A stretch of DNA of 64,000 nucleotides from Candidatus Bathyarchaeota archaeon (GTDB taxonomy: Archaea; Thermoproteota; Bathyarchaeia; Bathyarchaeales; Bathycorpusculaceae). The notes beneath the pieces are model-generated. The model had not been told where the DNA came from, searched no databases, and saw nothing but the letters and a program-made list of their open reading frames with translations. The stretch is taken from the NCBI GenBank assembly GCA_963833575.1, contig CAWHXY010000004.1:544001-608000 (forward strand). The letters run 5' to 3'. A program made the position numbers and the translations under genes. Positions 59,508 to 64,000 of the stretch are shown one piece after another. The stretch's first letter is position 1. Every line of letters begins with the position of its first letter.

Positions 59508-60111
59508 TTCTCCATTAATAGCGGAAGATACAGGTTCAACATGTATCTTTACAGGTATAATGGTGCTCGTTTTGGTCTTTCCTAACTCATCTAAATAAAC
59601 TACTTTCGGGTTAGAGTTGAAAACCCCTATTTTTCTTGTTCATTATTCTGTTATCAATAATGCGTTTTATTGTTTCTTTTTCGTAGGCAACTCTTAGTTT
59701 TAAGATTTTGCCGCCCCGACCCCTTTCACCTGGAAAGAATCGAGCTTCAACTAGACCCCGACTCTCCAATTCAATCAACGCCTTTCCCCTGCGTCCTCCA
59801 TAGCCATACATACTGGACCTTGACAACCTTCCTTCATTAATAATATTCATTAAAGATCTCCAACCAGCTTTTTCCTGTGCAATTCTACGTTGCATATAAT
59901 CTTCGACAAAAGCTCTTACAAGACAGTCAAAGGCTTTCTGGGCAACTTCAGATTTGAACTCAAATCTATCGAATATGACCGAGGTGACCATTTCTCCATT
60001 AATAGCGGAAGATACAGGTTCAACATGTATCTTTACAGGTATAATGGTGCTCGTTTTGGTCTTTCCTAACTCATCTAAATAAACTACTTTCGGGTTAGAG
60101 TTGAAAACCCC
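59145..60111. repeat. Exact 483-bp tandem duplication (59145-59627 = 59629-60111)
   Basis: Base-by-base comparison found no differences; single T between the copies. Confidence 0.9.
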
Positions 60112-62847
60112 AGCTTTCAATGCCTGCAAAGTAAGCTTCACAGTCACAACTTGAAAAGCGCCAATTTCCTTGTTTTTCGTCTCAATGCAAAAATTCTTGA
60201 AATCGAAATTGGGCGACAGAGCGGTAACTTTGAATCCGTCCGAAGGAATTATGCCCTCAACTTTGATGAACACGCCTGGCTTCCGTGAGGCGTTCACCAA
60301 ATCGAGACGCATCTCCAACTCTTCGCCAACCATAACTTCTTTACGAACCATCAAATGCGTTTGTAAATTAACATGGGCAAACCTTTGTTCAATTTCTTGA
60401 ACAGCATTCTGCAATTCTTCACTCTGAACCCTAGCCTCCTCAAATCGACCTTCCTTCTCAAGAGCCCAAACATAAAATGTTTTTCCATAAATTTCAGCTC
60501 CGATTGGAGTGGGTATGGTTGGCATCACAACCTCATCAAATAGTCGTTCTTTGAAACATCGGTTTGCGTCTTTCCACTCGCTTTTTCCTGTGAAAAAGAC
60601 TGCTTTGGACAGTGCTCCCTCTACAAACACGTTCTTTTGCACTTCAGCAGGCAGTTTCACGAATTTGTCAAAGTATTCTTCTGCGTGCTTCAAGTCTCCA
60701 AGTCGGGAATATATCCTAGAAAGGTTAGTATATACAATCCCTGGGGCTATGAGATTATCTGTTTTCTTTGATGCCTCCAAAGCTTTCAGACAGTAAGACA
60801 GCGCCTTTTCCCAATCGCCCATAAGCTCATATGGTCGAGCCGAAAAAGCATTTGCATAGACCAACCTGTTATACTCACCCATTTTCAATTTCTCATCAAT
60901 TTCTATAACTTTCGCAAACATCCCTAACGCTTCTTGATTAAGTCCCAAATTGCAGAAGTTTTCGCCTGCTGGCCAGTAGGCCTCCATTTGGAAACGAAAA
61001 TCACCCAGTTCCTCAAAAAGTACAATCGCGCGCAACGACTCAGCTATTCCTTCATAGGAATTGCCAAGCAGAGAATGGTACATTCCCACTCCAACCAAAG
61101 CCAATGCGAAGTCCCAATAAGAATGCTCTTCCTCAAAAATACGCAAAGCATTTGCCATGTCTTCAAGCGCAAGCTTAACATTCCCCTGCCCGAAAAAGCT
61201 GACTCTTCCTCGGTTAATTAGAACTCTTGCGTTTTCTAACCGATCGCATTCAAAATATGGTTCAGCTTTGTTGATCAGTTCCATTAATTGAGGAATATCC
61301 ATGCATTGAAAAGCAGATTCCATTGCCTTTCTTAAAGCGCGCAGCTTTGTGATGCCCGTTTCATTCTTGCCCAATTCCTCGAATGTTCTAATTGCTTCTT
61401 TGAACATGCTATTGGCGTAGTAAGCGTCTCCCAATCCCTCCCAAGCCTTTCTTCTATTTTCAGCGTTTTTAGTATTTCCGGCGAGGCTACCCAAAATATA
61501 AGTGAAGTGTTTGATGGCTTCCTCGTTGCTCCACCTCAGTAGTGCATCTCGTCCAGCGAGAAAGGAGTATTTCACCGCTTTTTCCTTATTTCCCGCTTGA
61601 GCGTAATGAAACGCCAAGTCATCAATTGAGAAACCATTCGCTTCATAGATGCCAGCTTCAATTTTCTCTGCAATCCTCGAATGGTACTCTTTTCTTAGGA
61701 GTGGAGGGATTTCCTCGTAAAGCATTTCTCGAGACTTTTCGTGACTAAACCTGCAGCAGTTTTCATCACAATGTATAATCAATGTGGTTTTTGCAGTCTC
61801 ATTTAGTGCTCTTAGAACGCTTGCATAGTCTTGTAACACTGCGGCAGCGATTAACTTGGGATCAAATTTTTCTCCCACTACAGAAGCTGCATCTAAGACT
61901 ATTCTTTGATCGGATTTCAAGGATTCTAATCTTAGCAGCATCACGTCCTTAATTTTTTTTGGAATTTCAAAGTTATCAACGCGGAGACTCCACTTACCGT
62001 TAGTTTTGATGAGTCTTCCTTGTTGATGCATCATTCTTAGAGATTCCACGACAAAAAGAGGATTGCCCATGGTATCGGTTGCTAACTTTTCCCCAAAATC
62101 TGAGAGCACTAATCCGCCTAACATGTTCTCAGCGATTCTTCGAACATCATCTTGGCTGAGGCTGGAAAGTTTAACTTCTCGGTAGAGATCCTCCCGCCCC
62201 ATTAGAAGTAGTTCTTTGGATAGTGGATTAGGATGACCTTCAATATTTACGTTGAGTCCCTCGCTTCTGAAAGTTGCTATGATGAGAATTCTCTCAGAAA
62301 CCGCTTGGCGGGCAAGATAATGAAGCAACGAAAGAGAAGCTGAATCAGCCCAGTGAAGGTCCTCCATAACTAAAATCAAGGGTTTTTTCGTTGATAAGAA
62401 CAGCAGTTCTTTAGCGATTGCCACAAACACCTGATCCTTCCATACTAGAGGAGATGTGTTTCCAAGTGTCTCGTTTGCTTCAGATTGATTTTTGATAAGC
62501 CATGATTTCATGCTTAATTGCTGATTAGCAATCGTTCCTCCATAGTGTTCATTGCTTGATATGTAAGAGTCAAAGGCTTCCATGAAGGGGAAGTAGGGAA
62601 CTGCGACGTTGCTTAGGCACCAGCCAGATAAGACAGTGACTTGCTTCTTCTTGACGATGTTTAAAAATTCTGTGGTAAGTCTGGTTTTTCCTGCGCCCGC
62701 CTCTCCAGAAATAAAAACGGTTACTCCTTTCCCTGACGAAGCCTGGGCTAAGCATCGTTTCAACTCTTCAAGCTCTTTTTCTCTTCCCACTAGAATTGGT
62801 TCAGCTAAGATTCCAGAAGTCAATTCTTGATTTTGCGCCCATTTCAA
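59611..62847 (-). CDS. STAND (AAA_16-type) ATPase - TPR - Ig-like - wHTH protein
   Basis: LVGRE.E, GEAGAGKT, EDLHWAD, GNPLF, TPR-like helices, beta-sandwich, C-terminal wHTH-like ELESRGLVE. Confidence 0.85.
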   Translation of the reverse strand: MKWAQNQELTSGILAEPILVGREKELEELKRCLAQASSGKGVTVFISGEAGAGKTRLTTEFLNIVKKKQVTVLSGWCLSNVAVPYFPFMEAFDSYISSNEHYGGTIANQQLSMKSWLIKNQSEANETLGNTSPLVWKDQVFVAIAKELLFLSTKKPLILVMEDLHWADSASLSLLHYLARQAVSERILIIATFRSEGLNVNIEGHPNPLSKELLLMGREDLYREVKLSSLSQDDVRRIAENMLGGLVLSDFGEKLATDTMGNPLFVVESLRMMHQQGRLIKTNGKWSLRVDNFEIPKKIKDVMLLRLESLKSDQRIVLDAASVVGEKFDPKLIAAAVLQDYASVLRALNETAKTTLIIHCDENCCRFSHEKSREMLYEEIPPLLRKEYHSRIAEKIEAGIYEANGFSIDDLAFHYAQAGNKEKAVKYSFLAGRDALLRWSNEEAIKHFTYILGSLAGNTKNAENRRKAWEGLGDAYYANSMFKEAIRTFEELGKNETGITKLRALRKAMESAFQCMDIPQLMELINKAEPYFECDRLENARVLINRGRVSFFGQGNVKLALEDMANALRIFEEEHSYWDFALALVGVGMYHSLLGNSYEGIAESLRAIVLFEELGDFRFQMEAYWPAGENFCNLGLNQEALGMFAKVIEIDEKLKMGEYNRLVYANAFSARPYELMGDWEKALSYCLKALEASKKTDNLIAPGIVYTNLSRIYSRLGDLKHAEEYFDKFVKLPAEVQKNVFVEGALSKAVFFTGKSEWKDANRCFKERLFDEVVMPTIPTPIGAEIYGKTFYVWALEKEGRFEEARVQSEELQNAVQEIEQRFAHVNLQTHLMVRKEVMVGEELEMRLDLVNASRKPGVFIKVEGIIPSDGFKVTALSPNFDFKNFCIETKNKEIGAFQVVTVKLTLQALKAGVFNSNPKVVYLDELGKTKTSTIIPVKIHVEPVSSAINGEMVTSVIFDRFEFKSEVAQKAFDCLVRAFVEDYMQRRIAQEKAGWRSLMNIINEGRLSRSSMYGYGGRRGKALIELESRGLVEARFFPGERGRGGKILKLRVAYEKETIKRIIDNRIMNKKNRGFQL

Positions 62848-63086
62848 ACTCTATTTTTAAGATAGTTGTAATGATATAAAAGTACTATTTCAAATTTAGG
62901 AATAAGTTAAAAAATAATTACGTCAATTCACAACACATTCATTTAAAGTCAAGTAATTTGTTTGCAAAATTCTCCTTGACAGAATCAATTATGACTTATT
63001 TGTTAACCTTCTTTATTTTTTGAGAATTAATAAAGCTCGCGCTATAACTAAAATCTAAATATTAGGAATATAAATAAGGGAAAAAC

Positions 63087-64000
63087 ATGAGTACACCACA
63101 ATCTGCTGTCAAGAAAAGGCTTAAAAGCCAATTGTTTGTGCCTGCCTTGCTTTTAGGTATGTTCTTAACATTCACATTTACAGTTTTCTTTAGTAATGCT
63201 ATGGTAAACGTAGCCTCGTCGCTAAAAGTTACTGTGGGAACAGCTAGCCAGATTTTGACCATCAGTTCTTTTGTGGGTCTTGTTGTAGGTTTTGTCATGG
63301 GCGTTTTGACAGTCCGATTCAAGCAGAAGTCATTGTTCCTGCTTGGAGTGGCACTTTTCAGCGTCGGAGCTATAGGTTGGTTTTTCGCCCCAGATTTTGC
63401 CTCTGCACTTTTCTTTAGCCTCTTTCTTGGAATTGGCACAGCAATGACTGGCACAGTTGTTTTCGCGTTAATTGGAGATTTTTTGCCTTTGGAAAAGAAG
63501 GGAATGTCAGTTGGTTTAGCTATGGCTGGTGTATTTATTGCGGACTTGGTTGTGCCTCAAGTAACGAGCGTAATTACGAATGCTGCAGGGTGGCGCGCTG
63601 TACTTTTATGGTTTATCTTTCCATTGTCCGTAGTTAGTTTGCTCTTTGGTTTTTTCATTCTTCCGTCAAAACCGCGGCAGGAACAAACTGCAAATAAGCC
63701 TCAATATTTGAAAACTTTCAAACAAATCTTGCTAAACAAATCTGCACTTGCATGTGTACTTGCAACGGCGCTTATGTGGGTCTCATTCCTAACGCCTGTT
63801 TATGCAGTATCATTTTACAGATTGTTTTTTAAGGAGACTTTGAGCATGGGCGCGATCTTTTATTCGATCGCTTCAGTAATGGGGATTATGGGTGTCATAT
63901 TTGGGGGGCGATTGATTAATCGAATCGGAAGGAAGCCCCTCACCGTCGTGACAGGTGTGATTCAGGGTGTATTCGCAGTTTTGATCGCCTTTATGCCTAA
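63087..64000 (+). CDS. MFS transporter, N-terminal part (runs off window)
   Basis: Manual translation MSTPQSAVKKRLKSQLFVPALLLGMFL..., multiple TMs, GWRAV, GRLINRIGRK motif A. Confidence 0.88.
   Translation, partial: MSTPQSAVKKRLKSQLFVPALLLGMFLTFTFTVFFSNAMVNVASSLKVTVGTASQILTISSFVGLVVGFVMGVLTVRFKQKSLFLLGVALFSVGAIGWFFAPDFASALFFSLFLGIGTAMTGTVVFALIGDFLPLEKKGMSVGLAMAGVFIADLVVPQVTSVITNAAGWRAVLLWFIFPLSVVSLLFGFFILPSKPRQEQTANKPQYLKTFKQILLNKSALACVLATALMWVSFLTPVYAVSFYRLFFKETLSMGAIFYSIASVMGIMGVIFGGRLINRIGRKPLTVVTGVIQGVFAVLIAFMP

Noticed and set aside
59145-60111. DGR template/variable repeat pair
   Set aside because: The copies are identical (no adenine-specific mismatches) and no reverse transcriptase is present
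63062-63454. 130-aa minus-strand ORF
   Set aside because: Antisense to the MFS transporter on the plus strand

Overview
Archaeal chromosomal window, most consistent with a TACK-lineage archaeon such as Bathyarchaeia. This is inferred from a TFEbeta/RPC34 homologue, arcadin-1, a Zn-ferredoxin, KEOPS-uS15-RecJ synteny and low-GC codon style. 1-35 kb is largely housekeeping: ProRS, an ABC exporter, RtcA, Trm5, GlmS, FEN-1, EF-1beta, CDC48, GGR, Pth2, TruD, proteasome beta, NadC, RlmE and KEOPS. 35-55 kb is a dense redox/general-stress region: ferredoxins, PDO, OsmC, FprA, rubrerythrin, SOD, Grx/FDR, Nth, Prx, a VIT1 fusion, HtrA, a ferritin-like protein, four KGG/Em hydrophilins and DUF2795. It also carries two deletion scars (PAP2::copA and a polB2 stub). 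56-64 kb looks accessory. It holds a 50-nt-period array of covarying hairpins, three 11-6-11 inverted-repeat sites (two joined to tRNA-3'-end-like sequence) bracketing an amber-interrupted hydrolase, a secreted protein, a STAND-TPR-Ig-wHTH regulator with an exact 483-bp tail duplication, and an MFS gene. The best new signals are (i) the hairpin array plus att/dif-like sites and (ii) a 24-bp operator (TGTTRYTGT-N6-RCARCCACA) 4 bp upstream of the TATA box in three promoters, two of them driving the KGG stress genes. All calls come from reading the sequence by eye; no database searches were run.
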